In this document: one piece after another, positions 31,344 to 39,843 of the stretch
Numbering within the stretch: position 1 is the stretch's first letter
Layout of the letters: the number at the start of each line of letters is the position of its first letter
Assembly: GCA_045640475.1 (NCBI GenBank)
Contig: JAZUFB010000054.1
Span: 7,067-71,066, forward strand
Source: Clostridia bacterium
Lineage (GTDB): Bacteria; Bacillota; Clostridia; Christensenellales; Aristaeellaceae
DNA length: 64,000 nt
Reading direction: 5' to 3'
Notes under the pieces: generated by a model
The model's database searches: none
What the model was told of the DNA's origin: nothing
The model's input: only the letters and a program-made list of their open reading frames with translations
Translations under genes and position numbers: made by a program

Positions 31344-31952
31344 TCAGACTTTCGCATGAAACTTGTTTTCTTCATGGTGTAACAGTCTGCTGATATTTGC
31401 ATGATGACGAATCAAGCATAGCGCGGCCAGAATCAGCGTCCATACAATGATGCATGTGTTACCGCCGGAATAAAACACAGAAACGATGATTGCGTAAAGA
31501 ATCATCATGGACATACTGCCAACTGAAATATATCGTCCAAGCCAAATGATCAGAAGGGTGACTGCGAAACAGATCACGGCAGGAACAGGGAAGCAGCAAA
31601 CCATTACACCGCAGCTGCTGGCAACGCCTTTTCCTCCTTTGAAGCCAAAGAATATCGGCCAGTTATGTCCAAGAATCACGGCCAAACCGGCAAGCATCAT
31701 ACCAAAGATGGAAGCAGTAAGCCACTTCGCAATGAGGCATGCGAACACAGCCTTTAGCATATCACCGAAAAAAGTGATCAGACCGTATTTCCATCCCATC
31801 GTCCGCAGCACATTGGTAGCACCGGTATTTTTGCTGCCAACGGAACGTAGGTCAGGACCTTTTGCATATTTTGCAACAAGCAGCCCAGTACTCACAGAGC
31901 CGAGGCAGTAGGCTATCAATGCAGAAATGGCGAAGCGTAGGAAATCACTCAT
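31344..31952 (-). CDS. plsY: Glycerol-3-phosphate acyltransferase
   Basis: [34 protein letters not shown]. Confidence 0.95.
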   Translation of the reverse strand: MSDFLRFAISALIAYCLGSVSTGLLVAKYAKGPDLRSVGSKNTGATNVLRTMGWKYGLITFFGDMLKAVFACLIAKWLTASIFGMMLAGLAVILGHNWPIFFGFKGGKGVASSCGVMVCCFPVPAVICFAVTLLIIWLGRYISVGSMSMMILYAIIVSVFYSGGNTCIIVWTLILAALCLIRHHANISRLLHHEENKFHAKV

Positions 31953-31953
31953 G

Positions 31954-33297
31954 TCAGTCGTTCTCCTTTTTCTTTTCCCGCATGATCATACGTATCGGCG
32001 TTCCTGTGAAATCGAAAGATTTACGGAAGTAATTCTCAAGATAGCGTTGATAGGCAAAATGCATCAGTTTCTCGTCATTCACAAAGAAAACGAAAGTTGG
32101 CGGGCATACTGACTGTTGCGTTGCATAGTAGATCTTGAGACGTCTGCCATTTTGCGCCGGGGGTTGAAGATCCATAATAGCATCGGACAGAATATCATTC
32201 AGGAGACCTGTAGTGATCCTCTTAGTCGCCTGCTCCCATACATTATCTACCATTCCAAGAACAGTATTGACTCTCTGACCTGTTTTTGCCGAGATAAAGA
32301 GAACAGGTACGTAATCCATAAATTTAAGATCGCTCAGGACCTGCTTCTTATACTTTTCGAGTGTTCCGGTTTCTTTTTCCGGCAGATCCCATTTGTTGAC
32401 GATGACGATGGCTGCTTTACCTTCATCTGTGATCAGGCCGGCAATCTTGGTATCCTGTTCTGTTACGCCGTCATTGGCGTCAATCAAAAGCAAAACAACA
32501 TCCGCACGGCGGATTGCCGCGATAGAACGAAGTACACTGTAGCGTTCAAGTGTTTCGTCTTCGATTGCACGTTTGCGTCTGATTCCGGCCGTATCAATGA
32601 TATTGTATTTTTTCCCATCAGGAAGCGTCAGTGCGGTATCCACGGCATCGCGGGTCGTACCTGCAATATCGGAGACCATCGTGCGTTCCTGTCCAAGAAT
32701 ACGGTTGGTGAGGGAACTCTTGCCAACATTCGGCCGGCCAACGATTGCCAGCTGGATCGTATGGCCATCGGTTTCTTCCACACTTTCCTGATCGGCATCT
32801 TCCGGAAACTGTGCGATGATTGCATCCAGAAGATCGCCAAATCCAAGCATATTTACACCGCTGATGGCATAGGGATCGCCAAACCCAAGTTCATAGAACT
32901 CGTAAATGGAATCGTTAAGCCCAATATGATCGATCTTGTTTACAACCAGGATCACCGGTTTGCTGGTTCTGCGGAGCAAATCCGCCACTTCGCGATCATC
33001 ATCCGTCAGGCCTTCTCGTCCGTCGACGAACATACAGATAACATCAGCTGTATCGATGGCGATCTCCGCCTGATGTCTCATTTGAGACAGAAGGACATCA
33101 TCACTGTGCGGATCGATACCGCCGGTATCCACCAGTGTGAAGAGATGGCCAAGCCACTCAGCGTCCGCGTAAATCCGATCCCGCGTAACACCGGGGACAT
33201 CCTCAACGATACTGATTCTGTGACCCGCCATTTTATTGAAAAAAGTGGATTTACCGACATTCGGTCTCCCCACAATAGCCACGATCGGTCTTGACAT
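31954..33297 (-). CDS. der: Ribosome biogenesis GTPase Der
   Basis: Two GRPNVGKS domains, DTGG/DTAG, C-terminal KH-like PPTF. Confidence 0.98.
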   Translation of the reverse strand: MSRPIVAIVGRPNVGKSTFFNKMAGHRISIVEDVPGVTRDRIYADAEWLGHLFTLVDTGGIDPHSDDVLLSQMRHQAEIAIDTADVICMFVDGREGLTDDDREVADLLRRTSKPVILVVNKIDHIGLNDSIYEFYELGFGDPYAISGVNMLGFGDLLDAIIAQFPEDADQESVEETDGHTIQLAIVGRPNVGKSSLTNRILGQERTMVSDIAGTTRDAVDTALTLPDGKKYNIIDTAGIRRKRAIEDETLERYSVLRSIAAIRRADVVLLLIDANDGVTEQDTKIAGLITDEGKAAIVIVNKWDLPEKETGTLEKYKKQVLSDLKFMDYVPVLFISAKTGQRVNTVLGMVDNVWEQATKRITTGLLNDILSDAIMDLQPPAQNGRRLKIYYATQQSVCPPTFVFFVNDEKLMHFAYQRYLENYFRKSFDFTGTPIRMIMREKKKEND

Positions 33298-34602
33298 TTA
33301 TTGATCCTCCGTTTCAAATAGTGACCGGATCAAACCGGCCCCTGTGTTGTCACTAACCTTGATTGGTTTTCCAAGGCTTTCGGAAAGACATTCCACGGTC
33401 ATGTCATCCAAAAAACAATCCTCATTTTCACGCAGCATCACAGACGAAATCAGAATCTCATCACAAGGCAGTTCATTTAGCTGCCGATACAGATCCTGTC
33501 CTGTAAGTAAGCCTGTAACGGTTACTGTCTCACCAAAGAAATGATTTGTGATGGGAACTACCGTTACTTCTACACCAGCTGGAGCATATTTCTTGCATAT
33601 GTCCGTGATTTCACCAGCAGCGGAAACGCCCGTCGGAATGACAACATGCCGCGGCCTGGCCATTTTCCCCGCAAAAGTTTCGCTTTCCACCATGGCATCT
33701 TCGCGCAGTAGGCGGATCATCCCAACGCCATTTTCGATCTGTGGATAGCCTTCATACGCTTCTTCTTCCGGAATCGGTCGACCGGCCAGAATATAGAATT
33801 CATCCGAAGCAAAAACGAAACGTGTGCCATATCGCTCCATAAATTCCTGTTGCAAGCGTTCAACCAGGTCCAGTACTTCATCTGCTTTTTCCCGGTCTAC
33901 AGGGGCGATATGGGGTAGATGATCTCGGAAACGAGTCAGTCCCACGGGAACGACAGCCAATGATTCAGCCGCAGGATGAAGCGAAATAAGATCGCGAACC
34001 GTTTGTTCAAGCACGTTTCCATCATTCATTCCCGGACAAAGTACGACCTGGCTATGAAAACTGAGACCGTGTTCTTTTAACGCTGTCAAACGTTTCATCA
34101 ATTCGTCGGCTTTGGGATTGCGCATCATAGCGGAACGTATTTCAGGGTCGGTTGCATGCACGGAGATATATAGAGGACTGACCCTGCGGCGGAGGATACG
34201 TTCGAATTCATCGTCGTCCACATTCGTCAGCGTAATATAATTGCCCATCATCAAACTCAAACGCCAATCATCGTCTTTCACATAAAGGGAAGGGCGCATA
34301 CCCGGTCGCATCTGTTCAACAAAGCAAAAAACGCAACGATTTCTACAGGCGCGCGGTTTCAATACTGCTGACTCATCCAGGGTGATCCCCAGCGGTTCCC
34401 AATCCTGCTTGTGAGCGCGGAATGAAAGAATATCTTCCTCACGCTGCACCTTAATGTGTAACGTAGAGGAAGAGATCAGTGCCTGATAATCGATCTCGTC
34501 AAGAACAGGCTCGTTGCCGATTTCCAAAAGGATATCCTCCGCTCTGAGTCCGATCCGATCTGCAACCGACCCGGGTTCTACATTCATGATCCTGATTCCC
34601 AC
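33298..34602 (-). CDS. PDZ + DUF512 radical-SAM-like Fe-S protein
   Basis: N-terminal PDZ-like VEPGS, CRNRCVFC, LYVKDDD, QIENGVG, TVTGLLTGQD; usual neighbour of der. Confidence 0.88.
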   Translation of the reverse strand: MGIRIMNVEPGSVADRIGLRAEDILLEIGNEPVLDEIDYQALISSSTLHIKVQREEDILSFRAHKQDWEPLGITLDESAVLKPRACRNRCVFCFVEQMRPGMRPSLYVKDDDWRLSLMMGNYITLTNVDDDEFERILRRRVSPLYISVHATDPEIRSAMMRNPKADELMKRLTALKEHGLSFHSQVVLCPGMNDGNVLEQTVRDLISLHPAAESLAVVPVGLTRFRDHLPHIAPVDREKADEVLDLVERLQQEFMERYGTRFVFASDEFYILAGRPIPEEEAYEGYPQIENGVGMIRLLREDAMVESETFAGKMARPRHVVIPTGVSAAGEITDICKKYAPAGVEVTVVPITNHFFGETVTVTGLLTGQDLYRQLNELPCDEILISSVMLRENEDCFLDDMTVECLSESLGKPIKVSDNTGAGLIRSLFETEDQ

Positions 34603-34744
34603 AAGCTGACCTCCAATCCATAAAAAACCAACTTATATTATGCAACCCAAACCATCATTGTGTCAAGGAAAGGCTATCAATCCGACCAATACTGCACATA
34701 TTATTTTCAAACATGGGAAAAACACATGAACAACCTGTCTCTTC

Positions 34745-34773
34745 TTGACATCGACATGGGTTGTCGGTAAAAT
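34745..34773 (+). promoter_or_regulatory. sigmaA promoter of T-box leader
   Basis: TTGACA-17 nt-TAAAAT. Confidence 0.8.
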
Positions 34774-34783
34774 GTCATGGTAA

Positions 34784-35037
34784 ACGCGATGATGGGAATT
34801 ACGGTCATATCCGCACATATCAGAGAGATTGCGTTTGGTGCGAGCAATTATGACGGAATGATCTTCTGGCCCCCGAGCTGCCGGTTCAACGGTTTTTTAC
34901 CTGGTAATACCGGACGTTGTTCCACGTTACGGACAAAATGAGCGGACTTAATGTCAATTTGAGTGGTACCGCGGAAGTATTTATCTTTCGTCTCATAGGA
35001 TCATGCAATATGATCATGGGATGAAAGTTTTTTATTT
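34784..35037 (+). promoter_or_regulatory. T-box riboswitch, probable Leu specifier (CUG)
   Basis: GCGATGA..GAGC kink-turn, AGAGA, GGTGCGA, CTG at 34866-34868 in the same register as TAC in the Tyr T-box, stem II CCGGT..ACCGG/CCGTT-like elements, T-box GAGTGGTACCGCG at 34961-34973, terminator CTTTCGTCTCAT..ATGGGATGAAAG-TTTTTT. Confidence 0.88.
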
Positions 35038-35063
35038 GCGGAAACCGCTTTGGAGGGAACGCT

Positions 35064-37595
35064 ATGAAAATTTCTTTTTCAACTCTGGGATGCCCTGGTT
35101 TTGAATGGTCAGATATCTATTCCATCGCAAAAGACTTTGGATTTGACGGTATTGAAATCCGTGGAATGGGAAAGGATATCTTTGAAGGTGTAACCAATCC
35201 TTTTGCCCCTGAGCGTATCGAAAAAACTGTATCCCAGCTGAAAAAAATGCATCTCTTTATCCCTTGCCTGACAACCGGTTGCGTTCTTAAGTACGCTGAC
35301 GGATGGGAACGTATACGTTCTGAGATCATCGATTACATTGACCTTGCGCAGCAGATCGGTGCACCCTATATCCGTCTTCTCGGAGACCGCGATACTCAAG
35401 TCGAAGGAGAAGTAGATGACGACCTCGTTCTCTCCCATTTGAAGGATGTGATACCTTATGCCGAAAAAGCCGGGATCATCCTTCTTGTGGAAACAAACGG
35501 CGTATATGCAAACACAAAACGTTTGCGCGATCTGTTGATCAAAACAGAAAGTGATACTGTTGCTGCATTGTGGGATATGCATCATCCTTATCGTTTTATG
35601 AATGAATCGCCCGAAACAACCGTCCAGAATCTTGGTGTCTATATCAAGCATGTACATACAAAAGATTCCCGTTTTGAAAATGGCCGTGTTATCTATAAAA
35701 TGATGGGTGAGGGTGACATGCCCATTGAGGAGATGATCAATGCCCTCCGCAGCGTCAACTATGACGGCTTCATCTCTTTGGAATGGGTCAAAGCCTATAT
35801 GCCCGAACTGATGAGTGCCGGTATTGTCTTTCCTCACTACGCAAACTATATGCAAAAATTCCTTTCAGGTGAGCTGACCAATTCGCGTCTGCAGGATAAT
35901 CTGCGTAAAACCGGCAAATACATCTGGCCAAAAGAAACATTACTCGATCTTACTTTCCCTCAGGTTCTTGACCGTATGTGTGATGAATTCCCGGACCAGT
36001 ATGCTTTCCGTTACACAACATTGGATTATACAAGAACCTACGCCCAATTCAGGGATGATGTGGATGAATTTGCCCGTTCGCTGATTTCTCTGGGTGTCCG
36101 GCAAGGAGACCATGTAGCTGTTTGGGCAACAAACGTTCCCCAGTGGTACATCACTTTCTGGGCGACCGTCAAGATCGGCGCTGTGCTTGTTACTGTAAAT
36201 ACCGCTTATAAGATCCATGAACTTGAATATCTGCTTCGTCAAAGTGACACCCATACGCTGGTCATGATCGATGCTTACAAAGATTGTGATTATCTGAAGA
36301 TCATCGATGAGCTCTGTCCTGAGCTTTCTTCTCACGACGGAGCAAAGCCCCTCCATACAGCACGTTTCCCTTTCCTCCGCCATATCATTACGATTGACGG
36401 ACCGCATCCGGGTTGTCTTTCCTGGAAAGATGCTCTCGAAATGGCTTCACTGACAGACTTGAGTGTAGTCGAACGCCGAGCCTCTTCCATCAGCAAACAC
36501 GATGTCTGCAATATGCAGTATACTTCCGGTACCACGGGTTTCCCGAAGGGCGTTATGCTGACGCATTATAATGTAGTTAATAACGGCAAAGCAATCGGTG
36601 ACTGTATGGACCTGTCTACTGCAGACAGAATGATGATCCAAGTCCCCATGTTCCATTGTTTTGGCATGGTCCTCGCCATGACAGCCACAATGACCCACGG
36701 AGTTACCATGAGCCCGATCCCGGCGTTTTCACCCAGCAAAGGCCTGGCATGCATAAACAAAGAACGGATCACCGCTTTCCACGGCGTTCCTACCATGTTT
36801 ATTGCTATGTTGAATCATCCCGACTTCCCGAAGACTGATTTCAGCCATATGCGCACCGGTATAATGGCCGGCAGCCCTTGTCCCATCGCTGTGATGGAAG
36901 AAGTGATCAGCAAAATGCATATGGATGAGATCTGTATCACCTACGGTCAGACTGAAGCAAGCCCCGGATGCACTATGTCCAAGATCACAGACGACATCCA
37001 GACCCGTGTAAACAGTGTCGGATGCGCACTTTTCGGTGTTGAATGCAAGATCGTTGATCCCGCAACCAATCAGGATCTTCCCGATAACACAGATGGCGAG
37101 TTTGTTGCCCGCGGGTATAACATCATGAAGGGATATTACAAAATGCCTCAGGCAACCGCCGCAGCCATTGACGCCGACGGTTGGCTGCATACAGGCGATC
37201 TTGCCCGCCGCGACGCAAATGGATATTATCGTATCACCGGCAGAATCAAGGATATGATCATTCGCGGAGGCGAAAATATCTATCCCAAGGAAATCGAGGA
37301 TTTCCTGTATACGCATCCAAAGATCCGTGATGTACAGGTTATCGGGGTACCCGATAAAGCCTACGGTGAAGAGATCATGGCCTGTGTGATTCTCAATGAA
37401 GGCGAAAGCATGACAGAAGAAGAGGTCAAGGAATATGTTCTGACACATATGGCCAAGCATAAGACACCAAGATATGTATCCTTTGTCACCGAATTCCCAA
37501 TGAACGCGGCAGGAAAGGTCCTTAAATACAAGATGCGTGAAGAAGCCGTTAAGAAACTTTCCCTGCAGGAAGCCGCAAGCATAGTTACAGCCTGA
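35064..37595 (+). CDS. Fusion: xylose-isomerase-like TIM barrel (~aa 1-265) + AMP-forming acyl-CoA synthetase
   Basis: N-terminal VETN, WDMHH, HVHTKD, GEGD, SLEW; C-terminal YTSGTTGFPKG, YGQTE, LHTGD, RIKDMIIRGGENIYP, GKVLK. Confidence 0.9.
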   Translation: MKISFSTLGCPGFEWSDIYSIAKDFGFDGIEIRGMGKDIFEGVTNPFAPERIEKTVSQLKKMHLFIPCLTTGCVLKYADGWERIRSEIIDYIDLAQQIGAPYIRLLGDRDTQVEGEVDDDLVLSHLKDVIPYAEKAGIILLVETNGVYANTKRLRDLLIKTESDTVAALWDMHHPYRFMNESPETTVQNLGVYIKHVHTKDSRFENGRVIYKMMGEGDMPIEEMINALRSVNYDGFISLEWVKAYMPELMSAGIVFPHYANYMQKFLSGELTNSRLQDNLRKTGKYIWPKETLLDLTFPQVLDRMCDEFPDQYAFRYTTLDYTRTYAQFRDDVDEFARSLISLGVRQGDHVAVWATNVPQWYITFWATVKIGAVLVTVNTAYKIHELEYLLRQSDTHTLVMIDAYKDCDYLKIIDELCPELSSHDGAKPLHTARFPFLRHIITIDGPHPGCLSWKDALEMASLTDLSVVERRASSISKHDVCNMQYTSGTTGFPKGVMLTHYNVVNNGKAIGDCMDLSTADRMMIQVPMFHCFGMVLAMTATMTHGVTMSPIPAFSPSKGLACINKERITAFHGVPTMFIAMLNHPDFPKTDFSHMRTGIMAGSPCPIAVMEEVISKMHMDEICITYGQTEASPGCTMSKITDDIQTRVNSVGCALFGVECKIVDPATNQDLPDNTDGEFVARGYNIMKGYYKMPQATAAAIDADGWLHTGDLARRDANGYYRITGRIKDMIIRGGENIYPKEIEDFLYTHPKIRDVQVIGVPDKAYGEEIMACVILNEGESMTEEEVKEYVLTHMAKHKTPRYVSFVTEFPMNAAGKVLKYKMREEAVKKLSLQEAASIVTA

Positions 37596-37597
37596 TA

Positions 37598-37640
37598 TAA
37601 AAAACGCTTTCCGGGACAAAACCGGAAAGCGTTTTTTTAT
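37598..37640. terminator. Bidirectional terminator
   Basis: AAAAAACGCTTTCCGG-loop-CCGGAAAGCGTTTTTT. Confidence 0.9.
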
Positions 37641-37652
37641 GACAAGCCCTTA

Positions 37653-38654
37653 TCAAAGCAACAGTTTTTTAGTGCCATAGGGATCTTCTATGATTTTCGC
37701 GCAACCCATAACAATACAATCACGGGCATCAGGCGCCGTTACACATGAAATGCGCAAAGCATTGGCGATTGCTTCATCCAACCCGTACAGACAGGCACCA
37801 CCGCCTGTGAGGGTAATACCTTTATCAAAGATATCGGAAGCCAATTGCGGGGGAGTTTTTTCAATCACGATCTGAATAGCTTCAATCAGGTCGCTTACAT
37901 CGTCTTTCAATGCCTCATAGATGTCAGCAGAGTTGACACTTACGACCTTTGGCAAACCGGAAATCAGATTGCGTCCGGAAACATCCATATAAATCTCGGT
38001 CTCTCGGGGAATAGCGCTCCCCAGTGTGGTTTTGACCTGTTCCAGCGTATTCTCGCCAATCAGCAGATTATATTTCCTGCGGATATATTTTAGGACAGAA
38101 TTGGAAAAATGATCGCCACCAAGGCGAATCGTAGTTCCAAGAGCAACGGTGCTGTTGCAGAGTACGGAAATATCGGCAGCAGCCGAGCTGATATCTACAA
38201 CCATCGCACCAAACGGGCCCTGAAAGTTCAAACCGGCTCCCAAAGCGGCAGCAACTGTCCTGTCAACCAATTGGGTACGTCTCATGCCCGCGTCAAACAT
38301 AACGCCAATCAATGCTTTTCTCTCAAGGTCTTTGATCCCGCTCGGAAGTGCCAGAACCGCGCGCGGTCTTGACAGAAAATGTTTATCCATCACACTGCCA
38401 ATAAAATGTCTCAGCATGGCAGCAGCAACGTTAAAATCAGCTATTTCTCCGTTCTCAAACGGTCTGATCAGTTTGATAGTGGAAGGAGTCCGACCGATCA
38501 TGCTTTGCGCATCTTCACCTATAGCTAAAATACTGTCAGTAGCTCTGTCAAGCGCAACGATGCAAGGTTGACGTGCGCAGATTCCGCGTCCTTTCATGTA
38601 CATGGTAAAGTTGGAAGTGCCCAAATCAATGCCGATATCTCCGACACGTGCCAT
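37653..38654 (-). CDS. MreB/Mbl-family actin homologue with degenerate ATPase motifs
   Basis: IGIDLGTSN, MIGRTP, AAALGAG, YNLLIGE, GRNLISGLPK, LTGGG. Confidence 0.9.
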   Translation of the reverse strand: MARVGDIGIDLGTSNFTMYMKGRGICARQPCIVALDRATDSILAIGEDAQSMIGRTPSTIKLIRPFENGEIADFNVAAAMLRHFIGSVMDKHFLSRPRAVLALPSGIKDLERKALIGVMFDAGMRRTQLVDRTVAAALGAGLNFQGPFGAMVVDISSAAADISVLCNSTVALGTTIRLGGDHFSNSVLKYIRRKYNLLIGENTLEQVKTTLGSAIPRETEIYMDVSGRNLISGLPKVVSVNSADIYEALKDDVSDLIEAIQIVIEKTPPQLASDIFDKGITLTGGGACLYGLDEAIANALRISCVTAPDARDCIVMGCAKIIEDPYGTKKLLL

Positions 38655-38838
38655 ACAATCATCCTTCCGAATCAGGAAAAATCAACGAATCAATAAACAA
38701 TTATAACAGAGCAAAACTGAAAAAACAAGCCTGCTCAAAAGACCGCAACCGCTTGTTTTTCAAGTATTGATTGACTTTTTGGGAATATGGTTTATGATAT
38801 GATTGTATTCCTTTATATGATAAGGAGTTGAAACTATT

Positions 38839-39813
38839 TTGCCGCAAATGAACACCCAGAGCATGACTCTGGATTCCATGGAAGATTATATGTCCCTTTT
38901 CGGTATGAACGATCTTTTCATGGGCATGATCGAAGATACTTTTTCAGTTTCCGTCAGTTTGCGTAATAACGATCTTACCATAACCGGTATTGACCCTAAA
39001 GGTATTGATTATGCCTCTAAAACAATAGAGCATGCTTTACATTTGATTCATCGTCATGAAACCGTAGATAAAGTAAAACTCCGTTATATGATGGATATGA
39101 TCCGTGAAGAACGCGAAGACGAGCTTGAAGAAGCGCTTTCCAATGTTATCGCCATTTCGCACCGCGGAAAGCAGATCCGTTGCAAAACATTCGGCCAGAA
39201 ACAGTATGTAAATGCGATTCGCGATCATGAGCTGACTTTTGCGATCGGTCCTGCCGGTACGGGGAAAACATACTTGGCCATGGCGCTTGCCGTTGTTGCA
39301 TTAAAAAACAAAGAAGTCGAAAGAATCGTTCTTACCAGGCCGGCAGTCGAAGCAGGGGAGAAGTTAGGCTTTCTTCCCGGAGATCTGACTCAGAAAGTCG
39401 ATCCCTATCTGAGGCCGCTGTACGATGCACTGTACGATTTTATGGGTTTGGATTCTTACCAGAAACTGATGGAGCGCGGTATCCTTGAAGTTGCCCCTCT
39501 TGCATACATGAGAGGACGTACGCTTTCCGATTCATTCATTATCCTTGATGAAGCACAGAACACTACGCCGGAACAGATGAAAATGTTCCTGACCCGTATG
39601 GGATACAACTCCAAAGTAGTCGTTACCGGCGATATCACCCAAACCGACTTACCCGCAGGAAAACGTTCCGGGCTTTCTGATGCGGTTGAGATTCTGAAAA
39701 ACATTCCGGAAATCGGCATCGTAACGCTGACGCATCGGGATGTTGTCCGTCACGAATTAGTACAAAAGATCACGGAAGCATATGATCAGGCAACTGCTCA
39801 TATGCATGAATGA
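38839..39813 (+). CDS. phoH: PhoH-family ATPase
   Basis: GPAGTGKT, RPAVEAGEKLGFLPGD, LAYMRGRT, LDEAQN, GDITQTDL. Confidence 0.95.
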   Translation: MPQMNTQSMTLDSMEDYMSLFGMNDLFMGMIEDTFSVSVSLRNNDLTITGIDPKGIDYASKTIEHALHLIHRHETVDKVKLRYMMDMIREEREDELEEALSNVIAISHRGKQIRCKTFGQKQYVNAIRDHELTFAIGPAGTGKTYLAMALAVVALKNKEVERIVLTRPAVEAGEKLGFLPGDLTQKVDPYLRPLYDALYDFMGLDSYQKLMERGILEVAPLAYMRGRTLSDSFIILDEAQNTTPEQMKMFLTRMGYNSKVVVTGDITQTDLPAGKRSGLSDAVEILKNIPEIGIVTLTHRDVVRHELVQKITEAYDQATAHMHE

Positions 39814-39843
39814 CCCAAGTATCTTCAGCGGGAGGTTAACACC

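Noticed and set aside
32116-33294. 392-aa + strand ORF opposite der
   Set aside because: Shadow ORF of a conserved gene with no protein-like motifs
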